Below are positions 21,371 through 32,190 of a stretch of DNA of 64,000 bases, in pieces. Below the pieces are notes generated by a model that saw only the letters and a program-made list of their open reading frames with translations, was not told where the DNA came from and searched no databases. The DNA is from Lama glama (taxonomy: Eukaryota), in the NCBI GenBank assembly GCA_028534125.1, contig CM052823.1, positions 310,001 to 374,000 on the forward strand. Direction: 5' to 3'. Position 1 is the stretch's first letter, and each line of letters opens with the position of its first letter. Both the position numbers and the translations under genes were made by a program.

Positions 21371-24300
21371 GTGGGTTCCAGGACCCCTCTGCCCCTCACC
21401 TTCTAGCTGGTCAGAGAAGCACTTTGTGTCCAGCCCTGTCCTCTGCTGGTCCAGAGCTGGTCCTGTGTCTCCACCTGAAGTCCCCGGCCAGGCACTCGTG
21501 CCTCCCTGCCCCTGCCTAGGCCGTGGGGACCTCGTGGATCTGCACGTGGGCATCCAGAGGCTGTGTGGCCTCAGCTGGCCAGCTGGCGAATCCAGTCAGT
21601 CCAGTGTCGCTCAGCAGAGTTTGAGGCACAGCTTCCCTGGGGACCCAGCGTGGCCAGCCTGGACAGAGCCGAGGTCCGGCTCACCGTTCACCAAGGGATG
21701 GCAGGCAGAGGGTCCCCAAGCCCGGTGGTCCAGCCCCAGATAGTTTCCGCCACCCTGAACCACCCGGGCCAGGCCTCCTCATAGGAAGGCCCAGAGATCA
21801 TTCTCAGGGCTGGGCATCCCTGCTCTGGAGGTAGCCTGGGAGGTAAGGCAGATGTTTCTGTCCCTTGAGGCCCCAGCCTTGGCCACCTGCCCCCCACGGT
21901 GGCAGAGCCATGCCACACTACCTTCTGGGGCCCAGCCCCCATCTCCTAGGGTGGGCAGACCCCTCCCAGGGCACAGCAGAGTGTGCAGGGAGCAGCTCTC
22001 GAGGTCCTTGGTATACTCCTCGGCCTGTACCCTGCAGCCAGTCTGGGGCCCCAGGGCTCCTGGAAGGCTGGAGTGGAGGATGGGTAGGTGAAACAAAGAT
22101 CATTACTTGAGCAGAAACCCACTGAGACTGTGGTCTGTGACTCTGTGTCCAGCTCTGTGGCCTCCCTGGCAGAGTGAGGCTGAGGCAGGCACGCCTGGTC
22201 CTGTTCTCAGATGCACGATGAGGCTCCATCAGCGACATGTCCCCCCACTCCCTGCAGGGGGTCCCTGTGCCGTGGGTCCCTGGTGTGGGCATCCTGGCGT
22301 GGGCATACCGTGGGGCTGTGGGCCGGGAGGGCTCGCTTGGCTGCAGGGGCTCATAGGGGAGCCTCATGGGCTTGGGGCGCTCCCGGCACTGCAGGAAGCA
22401 GATGGTGGGCCAGGCCAGAGATGACGGGGTGGGGGTGGCGGGTGCTCAGGGAACTTCCAGGTGGTGGCAGCTGGCGGCTGTGGAGAAGGTGCACCCAGCG
22501 CTGTGGGGCTGGTTTTCAAGACGGCTCTGGCTGGAAATAAGGGGCTTCTGGGTGGAGGCCTGGAGGGTGGGTGGCTGGGCAGGACTGTGCTGTCCTGCAG
22601 GGGAGGAGGGGATGGCACTGCCTGGCCAGTGAGATGAGGGCTGGGGCCAGGAGCGGACGCTTGCATGCTCTGGGGGAGGCTGCTGAAGCAGAGCAGGAGG
22701 TGGAGGGGGTTTGGGGGAGACGAGCATGCTGGTGGCTGGCAGGGCCAAGGCCAGAGGTGCCTCACCCACCCCTGAGGTGGGCAGGAGGCCCCGAGGAGGC
22801 TGAGAGGCAGGCAGGGCTGCTGGAAGGGGAGGTCTGTGGGCAGGAGGTAGTGATTGGGAGTGGCGTCCGGTCCCAGAATGGCTGGGGTGCCTCTGGGCTG
22901 TGGCCAGCGCCCTGTATGCTGGCCACCACTACATGTGTGGGCTTGAGGGGGACATGCAGGTCTGTGTGCACCTCCAGCCATGTCCCCGTGCCGCCCTCCC
23001 AACCCGGAGAGTAACCTGTTCCATCAGACCCGGGATCATGGGGAGGGAAGGGAAGGGAGGCAGGGAGGAGGCACAGCCCCTAGAACTCACACTGTCTGGA
23101 CGTCTGCCCTGAAGCCAGGTCCCTCCAGCTGCTGGCCCAGGGTCCACTCCCAGCGGAGGCCTGGGAGGGTGGCCCCCAGCAGGGCGGGGTTCAGGCTGCC
23201 TTCCCCTGGAATCCTGCACATCTCGGCCTCTCCCAGACCCCCGGGTTGTGGACTGGACGCCAGCATGGCCGCTCCTCCCTCCCCCTCATGTCTTCAGCCC
23301 TGCTGGGTGGACCGCAGGAGTGGGCACCCCAGCTCGGGGGAGAGGGATCCTGGCGACCCCCCATCCGACACCTGCCGGTCAGAGTCACCGAGGTTCTGAT
23401 TGCCAAGGGGTGCGTCACAGTGTCCACCCCCCGCCATCCAGTTCCCCCCGAGCCGCGCTCTCTCCACCCACTGCTTGAGGCCCCTCTGTGGTGCTGTGGG
23501 GGGTGCGGGGGGCCTGCTCCCTGCCCGGGGCTCGGGGGCCTGCCCTGGGAGCCGTGTGGCCCACCTGGTTGGAATCAGCACCAGCTGCTGGCGTGAGCTC
23601 GGGCTCCGATGGCTGCTGACAGGTGGGCCCCAGGCCCATCCTAGTCTCCCAGGTGAAACCAGGGGAGCTGGATCTCATCACCCAGCTGGGAGGTGGCCTC
23701 CCTGCCCTTCCTGGGGAAGTGAACTCAACACATCCCGCCAGGCTGGGGGCTGCCTTGCAGATTAGTCCAGCTAGACCCCATCTTGGACCTGAGCCAGGTG
23801 CCCCGTGGGGCCTGGCCAGGGCATGGTCTTACTCCCAAGGAGCCCACGCGGTGCCGGGGAGCAGCTGGGAGAGGTGACCTCCTCCCTACATCTGAGCCCA
23901 GCTTCCTAGGGGACCACCGGCCTGTCCCTGTCATGTGACGGGTGGGGCCACATGCCACGCTTTGGCTGTCTGGGGACAGGTGTTTGCACACAGCATGTGT
24001 GCACCCGAGCCCCTGGGGCAGTCCAGGAGTGTGTCCCCTCATTCCAGGTGCCCTGAGCTGGTAGTGGGAACCCTGGGGTGGGGGTCAGGAGTCAGACAGA
24101 AGGAAGGCTGAAGGCTGGAGCCACCTCTGACCTCCACCTCCCAAGAGCTGTCCAACCCCTGCCCGCTGCCGCTGTCACTTCAGGGTCACATCAGCCTGCT
24201 CAGCCTCAGGCTGCGCGTGCCCTGGGCCAGAGCTCACACACCTGCCTCCTAGCTGCTCCCCCACGTGCCCTCATGTGACCCCTCAGTGGTTTCTGGATTG

Positions 24301-27300
24301 GTTAGGCCTCCAGGCAGACAGCAGGGCTGAGGGCCACCCACTGCTACCAAGATCACCTGCAGGCAGGGTGCAGGCTTTAGGGGAGGGGCACGTGCCAGGC
24401 AGCCCCTGAGAACAAATGCCCACTAACATGGACTTGGCCATTCGCCACCTCAGACACTCCGCTGTGCCTTGTCAGCCCCCGTCCCTGACCGGCTTGGCAC
24501 TGTGGCCAGTTCCAGACTGCATAGTCTCCATCTCACCTTCCCTGGGCCAGGCCTGGGCACGGTGATGCCCCAGCCTACTGTCTACCTCTTGCCCATCTCC
24601 CCAGCCCCTTTGTCATCCACTTGGAAGGCTGGAACGCTGGTGGAGCAGGGGGGGTCAGGCTGGGCCTGTGGGCTGGCAGCCTGGGACTGGAGTGGGGGCT
24701 CTTGTCGTTGGGCCGGGGCTGCGCCAACTGCTCTCTCCCATACCGAGCGGGGCCCTGGGAGGGGCCTAGATGTGCCCATCACACACCCCAACAGCCCGCC
24801 AGGCTAGGGGCTGCTCTGATCAGTGCAGCAGGTGTGTTGAGAGCAGGGCTCCAGGGGTCGCAGCGAGATGGACACACGGACTTGCACTGTAGGCCAGTGT
24901 GGACACCAAGGGGTCAGTGGGGCGTGTGTCTGCAGGACAGTCCTGCAGGGTGACCGTGACCATGTTGTCAGGAGAAGCCAGGTCCTCGCCCCACCCATGA
25001 CCACTGCTGTGTGGCCTGGATGGAGGTGGGCAGGCAGGCCCTGACCCTCGGGCTGCCCAGGCCAGTCTCCGCCTGGCTTCCTGCTTCCAGGCCACAATCA
25101 AGCTCCAACTGAGACCAGAGACCACACGGCCCCCCCACCCTGGGGACACTCCATTCCCCAGATAATAAAAGTGGCCCACAGAGGTGTAGGTGCGGGTCAG
25201 GGCCTCAGTCTTTGTCCTCTCATGTGCCCTCTTGTCACTGTAGGGCCTGAGCCACTGGGCCCAGGCCAGCCCGCCTGGGGCTCCAACTCCAGTGCCACCC
25301 AACCCACCCGCCTTGGGCATTGCAGAGTGCCGCCTCCACGTGCCCACCCTGTTCCCTTCCTGGGGTTGAGGACCTCCGTGCCCAGTCGAGACGGTGAAGA
25401 CAGACACGGAGGAAAATGCAGCCCAAACCTCAGCCTGGGTCTGAGCCCCACTTCCCGGGCTCTGATCGCCCTCCACACGCGGCTGCAGTGCCCAGCAGGC
25501 CGCCCGAGCTGTCAGTTCCTGGGGCTGGCAGGTCAACACGCCTCAGCTGCCTATGACCCTAGAGAGCCTCAGATTGTGCCCCCACTGCAGGCCCCAATGA
25601 TGCAGCCATACCCTGAGCAGCTGGGGGTGCCCCAGGACCAGCTGGGCTCAGTGGGGAGGCCTTGCCTGGCCAGGCCAGAAACTCAGCCCCTGGGGCAGCC
25701 CCTCTGCCTGCCCCCGTCCTGCGAGAGGACCGATGCTCTTCTCGCGGCCTTGGGTTTGGGGCCCCCATCCCCAGCCCAGGAGTCCAGCGACATCCTCCCA
25801 GGTCCCAAGCTGCCACTTACGCAGGGCCCTCTGCCACCCAGCACATGCACCCTGGCCCCTCGGGGGACACTGAGAGGGGCCAGCTGGTTCTTGCAGGAGG
25901 GGCTCCTGAGTCATGTCACGTCCAGCTCTGGTGCTGTGCGTGGGGCCGGGTCTGCGTGGGGCCAGCAGCCCCTGCGCCTACGTGCCTGGAGGGTTGGCCA
26001 GTCCCCGAGGAGGCCTTGGCCCCGGCCAGGCTGGCAGGGGGTGGGGGCGAGGGACTGGCCAAGGCTGCAGGCCGCAGGCACTGACTGCCCAGGCCCTTCA
26101 AAGGGGCCGTGGGCGGTGGCAAAGTGGAGGCTCTACAGTTTTCCTGCCGGGAGAGGAACCTGGCTCAGGAAGCCATTGTCCCCACACAATGGGTCCGGTT
26201 GGGACTGTGGGCCAGGGCCCCAGACTGGTGGAACCTGACCCCGACCTCAACCCTGACCCTGGCCCTCCTCATACCCTTGACCCCCATCCCTGCCAGACCC
26301 TGGCCAGGCCAAGGGAAGGCTGCTCCTTTGTGAGGCTGGGGAACTGGGAAGGACCAGGACGGGGCGCACTCCTGGTCAGCCCCACAGGGAGGGTCACTGT
26401 GCATCATGGCTGCAGAGACTCAGCCGGAGCCCTGGAAGACTGCTGGGTGGCGTGGGGGCTGTCCTCTCCTGGGCAATGAGGGGCTTTCACACTGGCCGGG
26501 CTGAGTAATCGCTTCCCCCCATTTGGAGGTCACGGTGAATAGGCACATTGTCTGCCAGGTGCCTGCCTTGGTGTGGCCTGGGAAAATGACCATCCAGCAC
26601 TTCGCAGGGGGATGCCTGCGTGGCCCCCACCCCCGGCTTCAGCCACAACATGGAGCAGAACCCGGGTCAGCATGGGCCCAACTGGCAGGACCTGCGCTGT
26701 CCGGGCAGGGCCTGACTGCAGGCAATCACGGGGCTGGGCGGACGGGGTGGGGGTGGGAGTGGCCCTGGGCCCAGAGGCTGAGCTGGGATCACCACCTGCA
26801 CACGCCATGTCACGCTGGTGATGGGGACGTGCAGGAGGGTTAGCTTATGTCCCCGTGCCCGCCCCCCACAGGTCTCCCTGGGGGCTCACCACTTCTGGTC
26901 TGCCTCCCCACCAAAGCCCCTTAACAGAATATTCCTTCCAACCACACACAGAACTCTGGAAGGGACCTGTTTCATGGGTTGACCGGTTACTTAGTGAGCC
27001 TTGACAAAGCCTCATAGCAAAACTCTTGGTTATGAGGTTGGCTGTGGGGACAGGGACGTGGCGGGGGGGGGGGACAGCCTCCATGCTGGGGAAACAAAAC
27101 AGGCCAGGGATGGAGAGTGAGCAGAGCCGGTGTGCAGCAGCAGTGGAGGGGAGGGGAGGGGCGTGGGGCAGGGCCTGAGCACGTGGGCCTGTGGGCGTCA
27201 CTGGGGGAGAGGGAGCAGAGGGTTCAGGGGTCTGTTGGGTGTGGGTGGCAGCAAGTGGGAGAGCCTGGAGTGACGGAAGGGCCACACAAGGGGTGGACAT

Positions 27301-30300
27301 AGAGTCCACTAGTCTGGGGATGGCATTCAACATCTCCCTCAGTGCACTCCCAGCCTGGGGATGTGAATGTGGGGAGGGGCGTGGTGGTCACGGGCCCAGG
27401 CTACAGGGTGGAAGGAGGGCCCACGCACACATGGGCACGCACCTTGAGAAGTGCCCCCTTCCTGGCCCCCAACAGACTGGGCAAGCAGAAGGCGGGTACG
27501 GCCCAGTCAGCCAGCAGGCGGCACTGCAGACAGGTGCATCCAAGCCATGGGGGTGCCTGAGGCTGCGTGTGCACGATGAGGACCCTTGTGGAGGTTTTGT
27601 GTGCACGCGTGCACACGTGCATGTGTGTTGGGGGTCAGTGCTGCGAGGACCCCTGCTCCAGGGAGGGGCTGGCCCTTCTCCTGTGGGAGGGGGACAGCTG
27701 GCTCCTTTGCTGTTTACATCGCCCCAGGGTGGTTCCCTGATGCAGGGAGGGGCGCCCTGCATGATCAGACCTTCAGTTCCCGCCCTGACTCACGCAGTGT
27801 CCTCAGGCACGCTAGGCAAGGGGTGCACTGGGGTGAGGGTGAGGGTGGAAGCTGGGTTCTGCAGTGAGCAGCAGATTCTGGGTTCCCGCTGAGGGTCCAG
27901 TAAAGCTCACAGACAAGTTCCATGGAGTGGTGACATCCCCTGGGAGGCCCTAGTGTAGGAAGTGTGTAGGGGTTAGGCCAGGATGGCTTCCTGGAAGGAG
28001 AGGGGTCCACACTGGAATGAGAAGGAGGAGGAACTGGTCAGGCCACATGGGGCACAGAAGAGTCAGGTGGGCTGCCGACCTGGGGTTGGATGACAGAGGG
28101 CGTGGGGCGGGGCGGTGAGAACCGCTGAAGGTGGGACGGGTCCGGGTCCCCAGAGGTTAGGGTGCTGTGCTCCTTGCAGAGTTGGACAGCAGAGCCTGTG
28201 GGTAGGGAGCAAGTGTATGGCCCTAGAGGTGGGCCTCTAGGCTGCCCACCCTTCTGGGTATGGGCACTTGGGATTGAGGGGTGCACAAACTGGTGGGGGT
28301 ACCTCAGCCTTGCTGGTCAAGGGTGGGGGACGGGAGGACAGGCTAAAAGATGCGGACGATGCTGGTGGTGAGAATGTGGTGGGCAGGGGAGGGGGGCCCA
28401 GAGTGGCCCTGCCAGCCAGGTGTGGGCTGGAGCAAGGGCAGGAGTTTGTAGGAGGCAGGTGGGTGTGGGCCAGTGTCCCCAGACCGGGCTCTCAGTGAGT
28501 CACGGCTGACCTGGCGTCCCGGCGCCACGGGGGCCCAGGCTGCGCTGGCCGCAGGAAGCGTCATGAGCTGATAACGGGTGGGAGTCAGAAGTGCCGGTCC
28601 TCCTACTTCCTGCAGCGGGAGCAGCAGGCTGGGTGCTGGGCAGAGGCTGGGCAGGCATCTGCTCGTGTAGGCCCAGGCGTCCTGGCCCGGCCTGCGTCCT
28701 CACAAGACCACACAACTGTGCCTCATGACCACCTGGCTGCGCCTGTGGAGGGCACAGCGGCGGACACCACGGTGGGCACGAGGAGTCCTGGGGGTGCTGC
28801 AGTTTTGAGGCTATGGAGCAAAGGGTGGAGCGGACAGTGTGGTCGGGCCAGCAAGAGCCAGGGCAGGGTCGGGTGGAGGAGAGCGTAGGGGGCAGGCCAA
28901 GGGTGGCGTGTGTCCACCAGAGGGGCAGACTGCACCTACCTGAGGGTCAGCTGCATCCAGGCCACGGGGGGGTCATGGTTACCTGGGTTACTCCAGAGAT
29001 GGGGTGCTCACAGCACTAGGGAGCAGCAGGAGGTATTGGTGGGGGGCACTCGGCTCCTGGGAGGGCAGGCCCCCAGGCCCCCATGTGGCCGTCTGGGCAG
29101 CCTCGCTGAGGGACCCTGAGCCACGTGGGCAGCACTTCTGCACTCCAGCACTTGTGCTGTGTCTGGGGCCACAACCTGCCAGCCCACCAGCAGGACTGCC
29201 ACCATCAGCCAGTCGGCGCTCACACCCCCACCCCAGGCTGGACTGGCATCACCAGGGCCACACCTCTGCACCCTCTTACACAGCACCACCATCCCCGCAG
29301 TCACCCCTGCCCCACCCAACCCCTGGGACCCTGGCAGAGTCACCATGCAAGTACTCTCCCTGCCAGGGCTGGCCTCCAACGGCCACCTTCACCACCACTG
29401 CCACCATCTTAGCAGGGTAGGGCGGGCAGGTGGGCACACAGGGCAGCTGTCGGGGCAATGCCCCCCAGGCCCCGGCTTCTGGACCCCTTGCCCTTCCCCA
29501 AACACCTGGCTCCTTCCTGACTCCAGCCTGTGTCTGGGCCACTCTCTCTCCTGCTGGGTCTGTCTTTTGTCCCCTCCTCTCCCAGCAAACATGACATAAG
29601 TGTCACTTCCCCCTAGAAGCCTTCCAGTGGCTGTGTCAGAGCTTCTCCTGGGCCCTGCAGCCTGCGAGCGTCCCTCTGCCCTGACTTTGCCCACCCTGTA
29701 TCATCTATGTCTCAGGGATGGCTCCACGAGGCCAGGGGCTTGTCCCACCAGGCCACTGTAGGCCAGTGCCATCAGTGCGAGGGAGTGCTGGCCGAGCTGA
29801 AGGCCAGACAGACAGACCGGGGAGCTGCAATGGGCCTGAGCCCCTGGCTCCTCCCCAGGCCCCTGCCCTGCCTGGGGCCTGCCAGGACCACAAGTGGGCC
29901 ACCTCATCCTGCCAGGAAAGAAGAGCCTGTCTCAGTTCTTCCAGACCTCTAGGTTTTGCCCCTCTCGGCCCCTCCTCCTTGTTCTGGAAGATGCTTTGAC
30001 TCCCCCCCTCTTTCCCTGATTATGGCTCTGTGCTTGCCTCACTCACAAAACCTCGCAGACAAGGGGTGGTGACGTGGGGGCACCTGGGCCCTCCAGGGCC
30101 AGCGCAGGGCTGACCCCTGACCGCAGCTCCAGGGCTCAGGCCTGGGCAGGGACTCCCCCACTCCTCCACTGGAGCTGGCTCTCAGAGCCCGGCCTCCTCA
30201 CACAGAGCTGCCCACGTTCACTGTGAGTCCAGTGGCCTCCGAAGGAGTCCCCCAGACCACGCTGCCCCCCCCAGAGCACAGCAAGCCACACAGGACCCTT

Positions 30301-30439
30301 GCAGAGCCAGGAGTTGTGGGGACAGCCGACTGGGCTGCCCTCCAGGGCTGGACTGTCCTTCCACCCTTCCGGGTGGAGAGAACGCAACGAGGCGTTGACT
30401 TCTGATGCTTTTTGACGGGAGCGGCAGGGAGGAGGCCTG

Positions 30440-30536
30440 AATCTAAGTCGGGGAAAATGATTCTTTGGGACACTAGTCCACCATCACCTATGTCTGATGG
30501 ATTTCCGAATAAAGTCGCTATTCCTTGCCCGAAACA
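30440..30536 (+). mobile_element. ERV LTR 3' (R/U5-like) fragment
   Basis: TCTTTGGGACACTAGTCCACCATC...TTTCCGAATAAAGTCGCTATTCCTTGCCCGAAACA; LTR-type AATAAA at 30508-30513, ending in CA. Confidence 0.55.
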
Positions 30537-30629
30537 AAAAACCAGAAAACCTCTTAGCAGCGTGGCTTCACTGGCGGGTGCAGGGCCCTGGCTGGGCCCA
30601 GGTATTCAACACCGCACAGGCCGCCTGCC

Positions 30630-30960
30630 CTCCGAGGGCGGGGCCAGGCCAGGGGGCGGAGCCTACCAGAGGGGCAGGGCCTGGGGGCGGGGCAGGGCCT
30701 GAGAGCTCCCAGATTGGTCCCCGAGCGGCCGGCGGAGCGCCAGCTCCCCATTGGTCCCCAGCCTGGGGGGCGGGGCTGAAGCTCCGCCGCGTTCCTGCAG
30801 CTTGCCGAGCCAGTGGGGCAGTCTTATCAGCGCGGGCAGCTGGTGGCTTGTCCGTGCGCTAGCGCCCCGGCCCAATTCAATGGCCATTGTCCGCCGGCCC
30901 CTTTGTTCAGGAGGCGGCCACTTCCTGCGGGGCTGGGCTGGGGCGGGCGGGCAGGAAACG
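30630..30960. promoter_or_regulatory. Orphan promoter-like element (GC boxes, CCAAT boxes, local CpG enrichment)
   Basis: Four GGGCGG boxes in 30636-30776, ATTGG at 30713 and 30750, CCAAT at 30872, CACTTCCTG near 30919. Confidence 0.6.
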
Positions 30961-31983
30961 TTCCGAGCCGAGGCCCAGACACCGAGGCCGTCCCAGCCTG
31001 GGGTCAGAGGCGACGGCCACCTGCCCGAAGGTCACCCTGGGCTTGGGGCTGGGGGCTCCGAACCGAGTCAGGGGGCTGAGCTCAGCCCTTTCCTCTGGGT
31101 CTCGGTCTGCCCGTCTGCAGGGCAGGTGGATGAGCCAGAATGTCCTCTCCTAGGGGAGCTTTGCTGGGGGCCGGGCCCATGAGATCAGATCCTGCAGAGC
31201 CGGGGGTGGGACGGGGTAGGGAGGAGGAAGACCGTCTGGCGGAGCCGTGCCCCTCCCAGGTCTCTCTCCTCTGATGCCTGGCAGGGGTGACAAGCTCCAA
31301 GAGGTTAAGGGCAGCTTCACACAGGACTCATGTTCCGGGCGGGGGTGGGGGGGGACCCAACCCACTGCTTCGCAACAGGAGGGGGAGGAGGAGACCCCAG
31401 GCTGGGATGAGGCCTGGGAGGGGAGTGAGGGAAACAGCCCCAGGTGCTTCCCCACCTGGGCCAGGCCTCCTGTTCCTCCTTCACCTGGGCTCTGCCATGC
31501 AGTCCTGCTCACCATGGACAGACCATCTCCTTGAGGCCCACACCAGGGGCCTTCTTGTCCCTCACCCCTCTGCTCCACGGCTGCCCACTTACCAGGCCCC
31601 GTGGGTCAGCCCAGCGCAGCACTCTGGCTGGGCCTCAGTCACATGCTCACCTACAGCTGACAGTGAGGTCTCTGTGGGAGTGGGTGGGAGATGCGAGGCA
31701 GCCCGGGAACCACAGCTCGCCAGTCCTCACTGAGCCAGCCAAGGCATGAACGGTCCCACCCCCGCCCCCTCTCCCACCGCACAGTAGGGGCTGCTCTTGC
31801 CCAGCCCCCAGCCCGCCCTCTCCCCTGTGCCCTGGACCCTCTTGCAGTTCTTTCCTCTGAACCAACCCCCAACCCATGACCCCCTTGTAAAGCCCTCCCG
31901 GGCTCAATCCAACTCAACCAGAAAAAAACACCGCAGGTATTTCAAATGGTGGGATTTAATGTGAGGAGTCTGTCTGGGAGGTC

Positions 31984-32190
31984 TTTTTTGATTTTGTTTT
32001 TGGTGGAGGGGAGGTAATTCGGTTTCTTTATGCATTTTTAAATTAAATATATATATAATAAGAATAGATATATTCTTATGTATTTTTAAATTAACTTTTT
32101 ATCTTACTTTTTAGTGGCGGTACTGGGGATTGAACCCAGGACCTTGTACATGCTAAGCATACACTCTACCACTGAGCTATACCCGCCCCC
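31984..32190 (-). mobile_element. tRNA-Ala-derived SINE (Vic-1-like) with an expanded AT-rich middle
   Basis: RC: GGGTATAGCTCAGTGGTAGAGTGTATGCTTAGCATGTACAAGGTCCTGGGTTCAATCCCCAGTACC...GAATTACCTCCCC; imperfect AGGTCTT TSD. Confidence 0.88.
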
